A model generated the notes under the pieces. The model worked only from the letters and a program-made list of their open reading frames with translations. It was not told where the DNA came from and ran no database searches. 64,000 nucleotides of DNA, taken from contig CAZQXK010000001.1 of assembly GCA_964597345.1 (NCBI GenBank), forward strand, positions 94,777-158,776. Direction: 5' to 3'. The stretch comes from an uncultured Thermodesulfobacteriota bacterium (lineage in GTDB: Bacteria > Desulfobacterota > Desulfarculia > JACQYL01). Below are positions 19,550 through 28,685 of the stretch, in pieces. Position numbers and translations under genes: made by a program. Position 1 is the stretch's first letter; each line of letters opens with the position of its first letter.

Positions 19550-19969
19550 TCATCCTCCGGAGACGCCGGAAAATTCCAGGGTCAAGAAGTTCCGGTCGCC
19601 GGATCTTCGATACGTGACGCGGTCCGCCGTGTTCCGGATGAACAGGATGCCCAGGCCTCCCGGTTTCCGGTCCGACAGGGGCGCGGACACATCGGGAGCG
19701 GCAACGGCCAGGGGATCGAAAGGGATCCCGTGGTCCTCGAAACGGAGGATGCAGAGCCCTTCGCCGGTGACATCCACGGCCACCGCCACATCCCCGGGAG
19801 TCTCCGGATAGGCATGGAGGAAGATGTTCACCAGGACTTCTTCCGTCGCGAGTTCCACCTGCGCTCTTCGGGATTCCGGAAAGCGGCGCTTCGTTATGTG
19901 GTCGGATACGAATTGCACCAGGTCTCTCAGCTGATCCATTCGGGCGGGAGTGCGTTTTTCCGGCATCAT
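19550..19969 (-). CDS. anti-sigma regulatory factor / serine-protein kinase (RsbW/SpoIIAB-like, HATPase_c_2)
   Basis: MMPEKRTPARMDQLRDL... with HATPase_c motifs (GGLGILFIRNTADRV). The N-terminal extension in the ORF track is repeat-derived and is removed. Confidence 0.6.
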   Translation of the reverse strand: MMPEKRTPARMDQLRDLVQFVSDHITKRRFPESRRAQVELATEEVLVNIFLHAYPETPGDVAVAVDVTGEGLCILRFEDHGIPFDPLAVAAPDVSAPLSDRKPGGLGILFIRNTADRVTYRRSGDRNFLTLEFSGVSGG

Positions 19970-20003
19970 GTATCCACGTGGGACCGAACCCGGTGTGGTG
20001 TTA

Positions 20004-20166
20004 TCAGGCCGTTGAAAAACGCGATCCGCCGTGTTGCTCTTCATCCTTGGTTATTGCGGCGTACGGGGTTGTACGCCTCATTCCTCAGGATTCGCCCCAC
20101 GCCTTCGGCGTGGCTTGCATCTCACCGTTTTGCACCGGCCTGCCCGTAATACGGTTTATCAATTGT
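20004..20166 (+). repeat. intergenic palindromic repeat, copy 3 (between the RsbV-like and RsbW-like genes)
   Basis: GTTGAAAAACGCGATCCGCCGTGTTGCTCTTCATCCTTGGTTATTGCGGCGTACGGGGTTGTACGCCTCATTCCTCAGGATTCGC...GGCCTGCCCGTAATACGGTTTATCAATTG. Confidence 0.8.
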
Positions 20167-20255
20167 TATGGGAAGAAGCCGGATCGAGCCATGCGCAACC
20201 CCGCCGGCGCCGAAAAGGTTCCGCCCGGCGGGCGGGGATTCCATGCCGCCGCATG

Positions 20256-20582
20256 TCAGTCCGGACCGGCATCCACGGAATCATGAATGGAAATGATGGA
20301 GGCGAAACCGGACAGGTCGAAGACCTCCTTGACGGCTCCTCTCAGCGAGGCGATGAACAGGCTTCCGTTTACGGCTTTCAGTTTCTTGGCCGTGGTGAGA
20401 ATGACCCTCAGCCCGGCGCTGCTGATGTAGTCGAGACGGGAGAAATCCATGGCGAAATCCCGTCGCCCCTCGCCGATCCATTGGCTCATGTGCTTTTCAA
20501 AGTCCGGCGCGGTAACGGCGTCCATGCGTCCCGTCACCGTGACGACATGGGTCCGGTCCCGCGTTTCAACGGATATTTCCAT
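20256..20582 (-). CDS. STAS-domain anti-sigma-factor antagonist (RsbV/SpoIIAA-like)
   Basis: MEISVETRDRTHVVTVTGRMDAVTAPDFEKHM...DFSRLDYISSAGLRVIL contains the phosphorylatable Ser in the DYISSAGL context. GGGAG ribosome-binding site before the M5 ATG. Confidence 0.7.
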   Translation of the reverse strand: MEISVETRDRTHVVTVTGRMDAVTAPDFEKHMSQWIGEGRRDFAMDFSRLDYISSAGLRVILTTAKKLKAVNGSLFIASLRGAVKEVFDLSGFASIISIHDSVDAGPD

Positions 20583-20840
20583 GGGAACTCCCATCGGTTC
20601 GGTTTCGGAGATGCGTGTTTCAGGATGCGGAACGCTCCTTGTGAACTATCGTCCGGGGCGGAAAAAACTTTACAGCTTCCATGGCGGAGTGGGGCGGATC
20701 TCCCGTCGGGCGAATCCGGCGCGAAAGCCGCATGCGGCGCGGACGGGCCGCGACGCGCGGGCGGTAAGGACGAAAGGCCGCATACGGCGTCCGTCCCTGC
20801 TCTGCTGACGGATTCTTGCTACTCAGTGCGCCGACAACCC

Positions 20841-20985
20841 GCTGATAAACATTGTTTCGAGCAGGCTGATCAAGAAGGATGATAGGCAAGGCGCACGAAT
20901 CCGGAGGAATGAGGCGTACAACCGCTACGCCGCAATGACCAAGGATGAAGTGTAACGCAGCAGATCGCGTTTTTGATCCGCCTGC
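20841..20985 (-). repeat. intergenic palindromic repeat, copy 4
   Basis: GCTGATAAACATTG...GATAGGCAAGGCGCACGAATCCGGAGGAATGAGGCGTACAACCGCTACGCCGCAATGACCAAGGATGAAGTGTAACGCAGCAGATCGCGTTTTTGATCCGCCTGC. Confidence 0.8.
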
Positions 20986-21401
20986 TAAAGCTCGAACGTA
21001 CCCTTGAAGTACGTGTTCTTAACCGATCTCGCCTTGGTTTCGGCCCACTCCTGCAGCCCCATTTTGCGGATCAGACAGAGGTTGAACACCTTGGTGTTGT
21101 GGGGGACCTCCGCGGCCCGGTCCGCGTAAGGATGCAGATGATCGCACGGGAAATCGGCGCATTCGCTGCACAGAGACAGGCCCTTGCCGGAAATGCAGCG
21201 GAATACCTTGCAGGGCTGTTCCATGTTCATGAACTCGATGCACCCTCCTTCGTCCCGGCAGCCTCTGCACACGGCTTTTTCAAAGGGAATGTCCAATCGC
21301 GCGGCGATCTTGGTCCTCAAGGATTCGTTTTCGCGAGCCTGAAACATGGCGCAATTGAAACAATCCAAACCGCAGGGTGCGGTCATATGGGCGTAATCCA
21401 T
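20985..21401 (-). CDS. DUF3795-like cysteine-rich protein (paralogue 1)
   Basis: MDYAHMTAPCGLDCFNCAMF...CRGCRDEGGC...CSECADFPCDHL shows the multi-CxxC pattern. Paralogous to 23292-23768 (APCGLYCGVCAI...CRGC...CAQC...CHQCAEFPC). Confidence 0.5.
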   Translation of the reverse strand: MDYAHMTAPCGLDCFNCAMFQARENESLRTKIAARLDIPFEKAVCRGCRDEGGCIEFMNMEQPCKVFRCISGKGLSLCSECADFPCDHLHPYADRAAEVPHNTKVFNLCLIRKMGLQEWAETKARSVKNTYFKGTFEL

Positions 21402-21757
21402 GAGTGTCTCCCGTTGATGATGTTTGTGAAAAGTTCCCACCGGTTTTGAAGCGCCGGGATTCCTGCCGTCCCTTGACACGTTGGGAGTGGCCGCAGATCC
21501 TCCATAGCCGGCTCGAACACGCACGGGGAGGACAGGACGCTGCGCTCTCCATGACGGAACACAGACGGTCGGGCGAAGCCGTGAATCCGATTTCAGAGGG
21601 GCGGTTCCGAGCGCATCGCCGCAATGCGGGGTTCCCGGTGGCGGAGTATAGCTCTCCGCGCCATGCTGTCATCGGATATCATATTCCGTTTTCGGAGTCA
21701 TCCCTTCGGAACGGTAAGGAGTTCTTCCGGTTATGGTCGGGTACTTGGGGCTTTCCG

Positions 21758-21905
21758 TTATCAGGCCGTCGAAAAACGCGATCCGCCGTGTTGCGCTTCA
21801 TCCTTCGTCATTGCGGCGTACGGGTTGTACGCCTTACTCCTCAAGATTCGCGCGCCTTGCATTTCATCGTTTTTCACCCGCCTGCCCGAAATACGGTTTG
21901 GCGAT
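21758..21905 (+). repeat. intergenic palindromic repeat, copy 5
   Basis: TCAGGCCGTCGAAAAACGCGATCCGCCGTGTTGCGCTTCATCCTTCGTCATTGCGGCGTACGGGTTGTACGCCTTACTCCTCAAGATTCGCGCGCCTTGCATTTCATCGTTTTTCACCCGCCTGCCCGAAATACGGTTTGGCGATG. Confidence 0.85.
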
Positions 21906-22073
21906 GTTATCCGACGCGGGGTGGTGGAGGATCCTGACGCGCCTGTGGTTCGCGGAAGGCCCGGTATCTTGCTGCGGGCGTGGTCGCCGATGCCGCTTTT
22001 CCATGGGCCCGCCGTACCGCTTTGTCTTCTCAAGTGGGGACGGAGTTTGTTAGGATGACCCTGTGGGCAGGCG

Positions 22074-22212
22074 GGTGATAAACGCGATCTGCGGCGTTGG
22101 ACTTCATCCTTCGTCGTTGCGGCGTACTGTAGTACGCCTCATTCCTCAGGATTCGCGCGCCTTGCATCTCATCGTTTTTCACCCGCCTGCCCGCAATACG
22201 GCTTGTCAACGG
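22074..22212 (+). repeat. intergenic palindromic repeat, copy 6 (tandem with copy 5, about 170 bp apart)
   Basis: GGTGATAAACGCGATCTGCGGCGTTGGACTTCATCCTTCGTCGTTGCGGCGTACTGTAGTACGCCTCATTCCTCAGGATTCGCGCGCCTTGCATCTCATCGTTTTTCACCCGCCTGCCCGCAATACGGCTTGTCAACGG. Confidence 0.85.
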
Positions 22213-22258
22213 GCTGGTAGCGTGCTCCGGAACTTTGGGTCTGCAAAAGGAGTGTTTC

Positions 22259-23212
22259 ATGATCCGAATTGTGGGTGGAACGGTTTTTTTCTTTTCCGTG
22301 TTCCTGTTGATCGCTTCGAGCACGGGAGTCACGGCGGGGTTCGCGGCGCCTGGTGAGACCGACGAGGCCGGCGTGCTGGGAACGGCTCAATTCACACCAA
22401 CCGCCTCGGAGGTGATCCCGGCGGGAAAGGAACCTCAAGCGGGCGACGTCTGGGTCGAGGATAGTACTCTTATGGAGTTCGTATGGATTCCCGGGGGATG
22501 CTTTCAAATGGGGAGTCCGGAGGACGAAGAGGGCCGGAAGTGGGACGAGGGCCCCGTACACGAAGTCTGCGTGGACGGTTTCTGGATGGGCCGATATGAA
22601 GTAACGAACGCACAGTACCGATTGTTTGCCTCCCATCATGATTCGGGGGAATGGAGGGGGCATTCGCTGAATTGGGACGACCAGCCTGCGGTCAACGTTT
22701 CCTGGGAGGATGCCCGGGCCTTCGCCCGCTGGATGGGGGAGGTTCACAACGGGACGGTTACATTCCGCTTGCCTACGGAGGCCGAATGGGAATATGCCTG
22801 CCGGGCCGGGACCCAAACGGCCCGCCATTGGGGAGAGGATCCCGACGAAGCATGCGGGTATGCCAACACCCACGACCGGTCCATGAAGGAAGCCCTGGAT
22901 TTCTTCTGGCCTCACCATGACTGCGACGACGGGTATGTGCTCACGGCGCCGGTGGGCCGATTCCGGCCCAACCCCTTCGGATTGTACGACATGTTGGGGA
23001 ACGTCTACGAGTGGTGCCGGGATCGGTATATGGGGGACGCGTATTCACGGCGCGAACGGTTCAATCCCGTGGTGGAGGAGGGTATCCAGCGGGTGATCCG
23101 CGGGGGGAGTTTCCGGGACGGCCCCAAGCAGGTCCGATGCGCCGCCCGTGACAGAAATCCGGAAAATGATCGGAAAGCGCTTGTGGGTTTCCGCCTGGTC
23201 CGTAATCCGTGA
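22259..23212 (+). CDS. formylglycine-generating-enzyme (FGE/SUMF1) family protein, secreted or membrane-anchored
   Basis: N-terminal hydrophobic segment (MIRIVGGTVFFFSVFLLIASSTG). FGE-sulfatase domain motifs (RLPTEAEWEYACRAG, YDMLGNVYEWC, RGGSF). Confidence 0.75.
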   Translation: MIRIVGGTVFFFSVFLLIASSTGVTAGFAAPGETDEAGVLGTAQFTPTASEVIPAGKEPQAGDVWVEDSTLMEFVWIPGGCFQMGSPEDEEGRKWDEGPVHEVCVDGFWMGRYEVTNAQYRLFASHHDSGEWRGHSLNWDDQPAVNVSWEDARAFARWMGEVHNGTVTFRLPTEAEWEYACRAGTQTARHWGEDPDEACGYANTHDRSMKEALDFFWPHHDCDDGYVLTAPVGRFRPNPFGLYDMLGNVYEWCRDRYMGDAYSRRERFNPVVEEGIQRVIRGGSFRDGPKQVRCAARDRNPENDRKALVGFRLVRNP

Positions 23213-23291
23213 ACCGGGTTGTACCCGCTCGGCGCAGGCCGATTCCCAGTGCGGGTCCGTGCGGGTTCGGACCGGGTCTCTTGCCGGTTTG

Positions 23292-23768
23292 TCAGCCGTC
23301 CAGATCCAATTCCGTTTTGCACCGGTTGCACCGCCGGACTCCTCGAAACACCTTGTGGCCGCACTGAGGGCAGAGGTATCGGGCTTCCTCGTCGCGCACC
23401 CATTGTTCCGCGCCCACGTTCCTCCAGTGGGGAACGGCGCGAAGGATGACCCGTTTTCCCACTTCCATGGGAAAGGTATCGATGAGGGTGCAGGGAAACT
23501 CGGCGCACTGATGGCAGCCCTGGTAGCCTCTGGCCTGCGTGCAGTCGCGGATATCGCATTGAGCGCAATACAGGAAGCGTGTATCGGAGAGGCATCCCCG
23601 GCATCGGATGTCGTTGGCGGACAACCGGTCGCTGTCGGGCAGTTTTCCCTGGTAGACGTCCACGAGGCGTTCCTTCAACTTCCGGTTGTCGTCCCGGTCC
23701 GCGTACCATATGGCGCACACGCCGCAGTAGAGTCCGCAAGGGGCCAAATGATGGGGATTCATGGTCAT
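23292..23768 (-). CDS. DUF3795-like cysteine-rich protein (paralogue 2)
   Basis: MTMNPHHLAPCGLYCGVCAIW...CRGCLSDTRFLYCAQCDIRDCTQARGYQGCHQCAEFPC...CPQCGHKVFRGVRRCNRC. Confidence 0.55.
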   Translation of the reverse strand: MTMNPHHLAPCGLYCGVCAIWYADRDDNRKLKERLVDVYQGKLPDSDRLSANDIRCRGCLSDTRFLYCAQCDIRDCTQARGYQGCHQCAEFPCTLIDTFPMEVGKRVILRAVPHWRNVGAEQWVRDEEARYLCPQCGHKVFRGVRRCNRCKTELDLDG

Positions 23769-23885
23769 GAGTCGTCTCCCGGCCTCCGGAGGTGTTCGTC
23801 GTCGGCCGCTGAAAGGTTCCGCCCGCCGTGGGATTCCGGGACATGAAGATGAGTCGCCGGCGTGTCGGTTCTCTCCGGATCGCTG

Positions 23886-24791
23886 TCAGTCGTGCATGAT
23901 ACGAAACAGGGGATGGTCGTCCGTCCGAGGCTGGACTCGATCCAGACGAGCCTGATAGGCCAGCAGGGCATCCGTGGATGCGCATGCCGGGTAGACCCAG
24001 GGGGCGTTGGCGAGTGATCCGTACAGCAGAAAGTCGGCGCCGCAACACAGGGGCAGACCGAGCACCGCCGAACCCGCCGCCGCGAACGGCAAAGCTCCTT
24101 TCTCCCGGATTCCCCACTGGTACAGCGAATTGGCCGGGGCGCATCCCGCCGGCAGGCCGAGAGCGTTCTTCACCTCCCAAATGCTCCGGGCGGCCCATCC
24201 CACCCCGGCCACCCCCAGCACTCCGACGTCCACGAGGACTTGTTCCACCCCGGCCCGTTGGGCTGCGGGGAGCAGCTTTTCACGGAGCAACGCCAGCACG
24301 CCCTGGGGTTTCATGGCCCTGGGGCTGAAGGCCAATACGACGGCGGTCTTGACGCCCGATTCGCGAATACACGCCAGTTCTTCTTCGGTGAAGTCCTCGG
24401 CGATGGAATTGTAAATCAGCCGGGAAGCGGTTTCCGAGCCGGCAAACCTCCGGAGAATCGCCATGCGGACCCCGGGGTCCGGGGAATCCACCAGCATGGG
24501 GGCGTCCGTATGGTCGGCCACGAATTCGAGATACCGGATCAGAGCCTCCCGGGTTTCCCCGATTACATCGATGATCCGGGGGTTACCGCTCCATTGGGAC
24601 CATGCGGCTTCCCGGTCCAGCAGTTCCCGGGCCGCCGCCGCGTCGAACAATCCCCGTTCCGGGTCGGACACGATGCGGTGGCCGCGGAAGAACAAGCTCC
24701 CGACGAGGGCCGTGGGGTATTCTCCGATACGTCCTCCCAGGGTGACCTTCCCCACTCGCACCAACTTCTGTTCCGCGTGGAATTCAGGCAT
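23886..24791 (-). CDS. MtrH-like (pterin-binding) methyltransferase, probable methylcorrinoid:tetrahydrofolate/H4MPT methyltransferase
   Basis: MPEFHAEQKLVRVGKVTLGGRIGEYPTALVGSLFF aligns with the MtrH N-terminus ([34 protein letters not shown]). Start overlaps the upstream URO-D stop by 8 nt. Confidence 0.7.
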   Translation of the reverse strand: MPEFHAEQKLVRVGKVTLGGRIGEYPTALVGSLFFRGHRIVSDPERGLFDAAAARELLDREAAWSQWSGNPRIIDVIGETREALIRYLEFVADHTDAPMLVDSPDPGVRMAILRRFAGSETASRLIYNSIAEDFTEEELACIRESGVKTAVVLAFSPRAMKPQGVLALLREKLLPAAQRAGVEQVLVDVGVLGVAGVGWAARSIWEVKNALGLPAGCAPANSLYQWGIREKGALPFAAAGSAVLGLPLCCGADFLLYGSLANAPWVYPACASTDALLAYQARLDRVQPRTDDHPLFRIMHD

Positions 24792-25902
24792 CCAGCGTCT
24801 CCCTTTTTTCCCTGAGAAATTCCGCAAAGGATTCTCTTTGGGTAACCCGCACCGGGATGGTGTCCAAATGGTCCGGAATGGGAAGACGGCCCAGGGTTCG
24901 GCATGCGGCCACCGCCGCGTGGACATGCTCCGGCGGGGTGTCCACGGGGATTTGATTGAGATACAGGATGAGTCGTCCGTCCCGCCCCATGCCGTCGATG
25001 TAGTTCCGGATGCGTTCGACGACGGCGTCCGCCGGGCCGTCCATAATCAGGGCTGCATCCACGCCTGCGGTGACGGTGACGTCGTGCTTCCGGGCGAAGG
25101 CTTTCACGCGTTCCGGGCCCAACAAATTCAGGTCGGGATCCAGGACACTCAGGAATATGGGACAGGTTTGGAGCTTCTGGGTCATGTATCGTTCCGGATC
25201 GTGGCTCTTGGATTCCCCCCATTGGCCGAGCGTGACCACGGCGCCTCCCACGAGTTCCCTCAGGCGTTGGGTGTAAGGAAGAACGAATTCGTCGAACAGG
25301 TCCAGGCTCACATTGGGTGGTGACGCCCAGGCATCGGCCCCGAAAGCGGCTTGATCGGGCCGGCCGATCTCCTCCCGCATGGCCCGGATGTAAGGAGCGA
25401 GCACCTGCTCGCACAGAAATTCCAGGAGCCTGTGGGCGAAAGCGGGATCCGTTTTCATGTCCTTCACGAAAGGCACATATCCGCGGATGTTAAGGGCCAG
25501 GCTGAAAGGAGCGCAGAAATATACCCGGGCGGGCCGTCCGGTACGTTCCATGTACAGGCGGTTGATGCGATGGATATAGGGCATACGCCCGGATCGATGG
25601 GGATCCGGAATACGCAGGCGGTCCAAATCGGCCGGCTCGCGGATGAGCGGCTGCCGGCGGTCGATGTCCGGCATGGCGTAATCCGTGTAAATCATCTTCT
25701 GGCCCAAGGCTTCCGCCTCGATGTTGTACATGTCCCAGGAATCGTTGGGGGCGTCGAAACCGTAATATTCCGTGACCAGAAACTGGACTTGCGTGAACAA
25801 GTCCGAATCCGTGTAAAAGCGGCGAAAAGGAACTTCGGCCAGGCGGGCGGAATGATCGTGGCACTGGGCGGCAATGCGGATGCGCTGCGGTTTCGCGGTC
25901 AT
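24784..25902 (-). CDS. uroporphyrinogen-decarboxylase (URO-D) family methyltransferase (MtaA/MT-I-like)
   Basis: URO-D/MtaA-family length (372 aa) and fold signatures. ATGA overlap with the corrinoid protein gene upstream. Confidence 0.65.
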   Translation of the reverse strand: MTAKPQRIRIAAQCHDHSARLAEVPFRRFYTDSDLFTQVQFLVTEYYGFDAPNDSWDMYNIEAEALGQKMIYTDYAMPDIDRRQPLIREPADLDRLRIPDPHRSGRMPYIHRINRLYMERTGRPARVYFCAPFSLALNIRGYVPFVKDMKTDPAFAHRLLEFLCEQVLAPYIRAMREEIGRPDQAAFGADAWASPPNVSLDLFDEFVLPYTQRLRELVGGAVVTLGQWGESKSHDPERYMTQKLQTCPIFLSVLDPDLNLLGPERVKAFARKHDVTVTAGVDAALIMDGPADAVVERIRNYIDGMGRDGRLILYLNQIPVDTPPEHVHAAVAACRTLGRLPIPDHLDTIPVRVTQRESFAEFLREKRETLDA

Positions 25903-26543
25903 TCTTTTCCCCCTCTTATCCAGGCTTCGGCAATGCGTACGGCTGCAAAGGCGTCTTCCCCGTAAGCGTCGGCCCCCGCCTCGGATGCAAACTTCGAGGT
26001 CACGGGAATGCCCCCGACCATGATGCGCATCCGGGGTCGCAATTGCTGTTCGTCGACGAGTCGGATGATCTTAGGAATGCTTCGCATGGTAGTGGACATA
26101 TACGCCCCGATGCCCAGGACGTCCGGTTCGAGTTCCATCGCCTTTTCGATAAACACGTGATCCGGTACATCCACCCCCAGATCCGTCACCTGGAACCCTG
26201 CGCCCACCAACATGGCCGCCACGATGTTCTTCCCCAAGTCGTGCAGGTCTCCTTGGACGGTTCCCAGCAGCACCCTTCCTGTTTCGCTTTGGGCGTCTTC
26301 CGAAAGTCGGGATCTTAATTGGGCGGTCACTTCGTTGAATGCCTCGGAACTCATGACGACTTCCGGGAGAAAGTATCGCCCCCGGTTCCACAGGTTTCCC
26401 ACCTCCCGGATGGCGGGCAGGGCGGCGTTGTGGAGTATGTCGGCGGCCGGAGTCGCATCCCCCACGGCCCGGCGGGTCTTTTCTCCCGCTCCGAGGATGT
26501 CTCCGTCGATGATGGCCTCTTTGATTTCCTCAATGATGGACAT
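25899..26543 (-). CDS. cobalamin-binding corrinoid protein (MtbC/MtmC/OdmA-like)
   Basis: B12-binding DxHxxG motif (GTVQGDLHDLGKNIV) followed by a Rossmann-like B12-binding domain (GFQVTDLGVDVP...GIGAYMSTTM), after an N-terminal helical cap. Confidence 0.8.
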   Translation of the reverse strand: MSIIEEIKEAIIDGDILGAGEKTRRAVGDATPAADILHNAALPAIREVGNLWNRGRYFLPEVVMSSEAFNEVTAQLRSRLSEDAQSETGRVLLGTVQGDLHDLGKNIVAAMLVGAGFQVTDLGVDVPDHVFIEKAMELEPDVLGIGAYMSTTMRSIPKIIRLVDEQQLRPRMRIMVGGIPVTSKFASEAGADAYGEDAFAAVRIAEAWIRGGKE

Positions 26544-26854
26544 GTGGACCCTTTCCGGAAGCAGTGAAGCATGATTCGGATCCGTTCTCCTCTTCGGGAG
26601 GAAGATCGGGCCGACAGGGTTTCAGGATGGACTCCGCTTTTCGTGCCAGATTTTGCCCGATTTGTAAACCCCGCGTTGCAGGCGGCGGGCTTTCGTGCGT
26701 GCATGCATGCGAATCACGAAAAGGCAGGGAGACGAAACAGGGCGTGATGCAGTACAATAAGACAGTCGGTCCGGTACGGACGCGGAGAGAAGCGCACCGC
26801 GATGGGTCTACCGTGAATGGAGGCAGGATGTTTGCCGGAAAGGGGGGGACGCAC

Positions 26855-27838
26855 ATGAACGAGTACAGGAGAGTTTCGGAGTCATGGGGCGCCCGGGTGA
26901 AGGGCGCCGTGCTGGGACACGCCCTGGGGGATGCGTTGGGTATGCCTGTGGAGTTTGTTCCCAAACAGATTCTTCGATCCGATCCGGTGACGGGCATGCG
27001 GGGATTCGGGATGTTTCACCAGCCTCCGGGCACATGGTCCGACAATACCTCTCTCATGCTGTGCCTTTTGGAGACGCTTGTCGAGAAATGGGATCCGGAT
27101 CGATTGGCCGAGCGTCTTGTCTCCTGGCTGAATGAAGGCGTGTGGACCCCGCACGGCGTTGTTTTCGATGTGGGCGCTACCACCATGCGCGCCTTGTCCC
27201 GGATGCGGGAAGGCGCACGGCCTCTTCAGGCGGGTGAGCCCCATGAGAAGAGCAATCAGAACGGATCGCTGAAACGGGTTCTTCCGGTGGCGTTTCTGGA
27301 TCGATTATCCGATGAAGAGGCGGCGGATCTGGCGGATCAGGTGTCCTGTCTGACGCACCGGCATCCTCGGGCCCGAATGGCGTGCGGGTTGATGGTGCTC
27401 TTATGCAGGCGCCTCCTCCGGGGGGATTCGCCGGCGCAGGCGTATCGGGACGCGGTGGCCGCGGCGGATCCCATCTACGACAGAGCGCCGTATGCGGAGG
27501 AAAGATCCCATTTTGCGCGGTTTCTCGACGGGAAACTCGGGGAAATCGAGGAGCGCGGCATACGCTCCACGAATTACGTGGTGCATACGCTGGAGGCGTC
27601 CGTGTGGTGCATGCTTCAAACGGAGTCCTTCCGTGATGCCGTGCTGAAAGCGGTGAACCTGGGAAACGATACGGATTCCACGGGTTCGCTGACCGGAGGG
27701 TTGGCTGGTGCGACGTATGGATACTCCGCGCTCCCGACTTCCTGGCTGGAAGTCCTGGCCCGCAGGGAAGACCTGGAGGAACTGGTGGAGCGGTTCATTA
27801 GGGCTCGGAACGGAGGTGGGGACGAGGCGGCATCGTGA
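26855..27838 (+). CDS. ADP-ribosylglycohydrolase family protein (DraG-like)
   Basis: GAVLGHALGDALGMPVEF...DNTSLMLC...DTDSTGSLTGGLAGATYG are metal-binding ADP-ribosylglycohydrolase signatures. GGGGGGAC ribosome-binding site before the ATG. Confidence 0.75.
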   Translation: MNEYRRVSESWGARVKGAVLGHALGDALGMPVEFVPKQILRSDPVTGMRGFGMFHQPPGTWSDNTSLMLCLLETLVEKWDPDRLAERLVSWLNEGVWTPHGVVFDVGATTMRALSRMREGARPLQAGEPHEKSNQNGSLKRVLPVAFLDRLSDEEAADLADQVSCLTHRHPRARMACGLMVLLCRRLLRGDSPAQAYRDAVAAADPIYDRAPYAEERSHFARFLDGKLGEIEERGIRSTNYVVHTLEASVWCMLQTESFRDAVLKAVNLGNDTDSTGSLTGGLAGATYGYSALPTSWLEVLARREDLEELVERFIRARNGGGDEAAS

Positions 27839-27975
27839 CGGTGAAGGCGCCTGTCGGGCATTAAGCCGATGAGATGCGATGGATGCCCGGGGTGGGCTGG
27901 ATGGCTCCCCGGGGTTTTTGGGGTGGTATATAAAACGCTTGTTTGATGTGAACGTTCGGCCAAAAGGAGGCCTCC

Positions 27976-28062
27976 ATGACTCCGGTCCGCCCACGCGCCC
28001 TGAAAGACCGGTTCCGAAAAGGCCGGTACACGAAGGAAAGAGACGAGGATCACGATCCCTGA
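27976..28062 (+). CDS. candidate small basic protein (28 aa)
   Basis: ATG preceded at 6 nt by a perfect AAGGAGG ribosome-binding site. Product MTPVRPRALKDRFRKGRYTKERDEDHDP. No homology inference possible. Confidence 0.25.
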   Translation: MTPVRPRALKDRFRKGRYTKERDEDHDP

Positions 28063-28114
28063 TGAGGTAGGCCGGCGCCGCATAACCCGGAGGGGCGGGT
28101 TTTCCGGCAGGCCG

Positions 28115-28658
28115 CTATCGTGCGTGTTCGAAGGCGGACACCATGCCTTCATATTTCTTGTGGATCATCATCCGATCGAATTCCCACATCTCGCTGAGCA
28201 TGGATTCCTTCTCGGACTCGGTGAAAGCGTCCATGCATGGAAGGAAGAAGTGCTTATCTTCCTTGAAAATGTGTTTGGGATAAAACTCGATCAGCTTGTG
28301 GAGCATCTCTACGATATCTTTGCCGGCTTCCGGAATGCCTTCAAGGTGCCGCTTTTGGGCCTCTACCAGAGATTGAACCAACCTGCGCCCGACCCGGTGC
28401 TCTTCGATGAGTTGGTCCATGATGGCCGCCAAGTCATGCCCGAGAGGTTTCAGAGCCAAGTCTCTGAACAGGATGTCTTCTTCTTTGCCGTGATGGCACT
28501 GGTCCGCGTAGGTGCGGATGAAATCCACCGCGGAATCCAGGAACACGTGGTCAGGCGTTGCGCCCGCCGTCATGTTCCGTATCTCCCGGTCCATGAGAGC
28601 GATCATGCGTTCGATCAATCGGTGTTCATGCATGAGGGGTCCGATGGGCCACATCATG
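28115..28658 (-). CDS. hemerythrin-like metal-binding domain protein
   Basis: MMWPIGPLMHEHRLIERMIALM...HHGKEEDILF...HIFKEDKHFF has multiple H/E iron ligands in hemerythrin spacing. AAAGGAG ribosome-binding site. The upstream ORF-track extension lies in repeat copy 7 and is rejected. Confidence 0.7.
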
Positions 28659-28685
28659 ATCTCCTTTCTAACAGCCCGTTGATAC

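Noticed and set aside
20031-20882. ORFs reading through the palindromic repeats (20031-20882, 21404-21937, 21624-22058, 22063-22356, 39254-39916, 45566-46204, 45588-45857, 28115-28918 N-terminal part, 13638-14237 N-terminal part)
   Set aside because: Their conserved peptide (…LRHCGV(L/R)VVRLIPQDSRALHLIVFHPPARNTV…) is produced by the repeat DNA in whichever orientation and frame happens to be open. Real genes were trimmed to starts downstream of the repeats.
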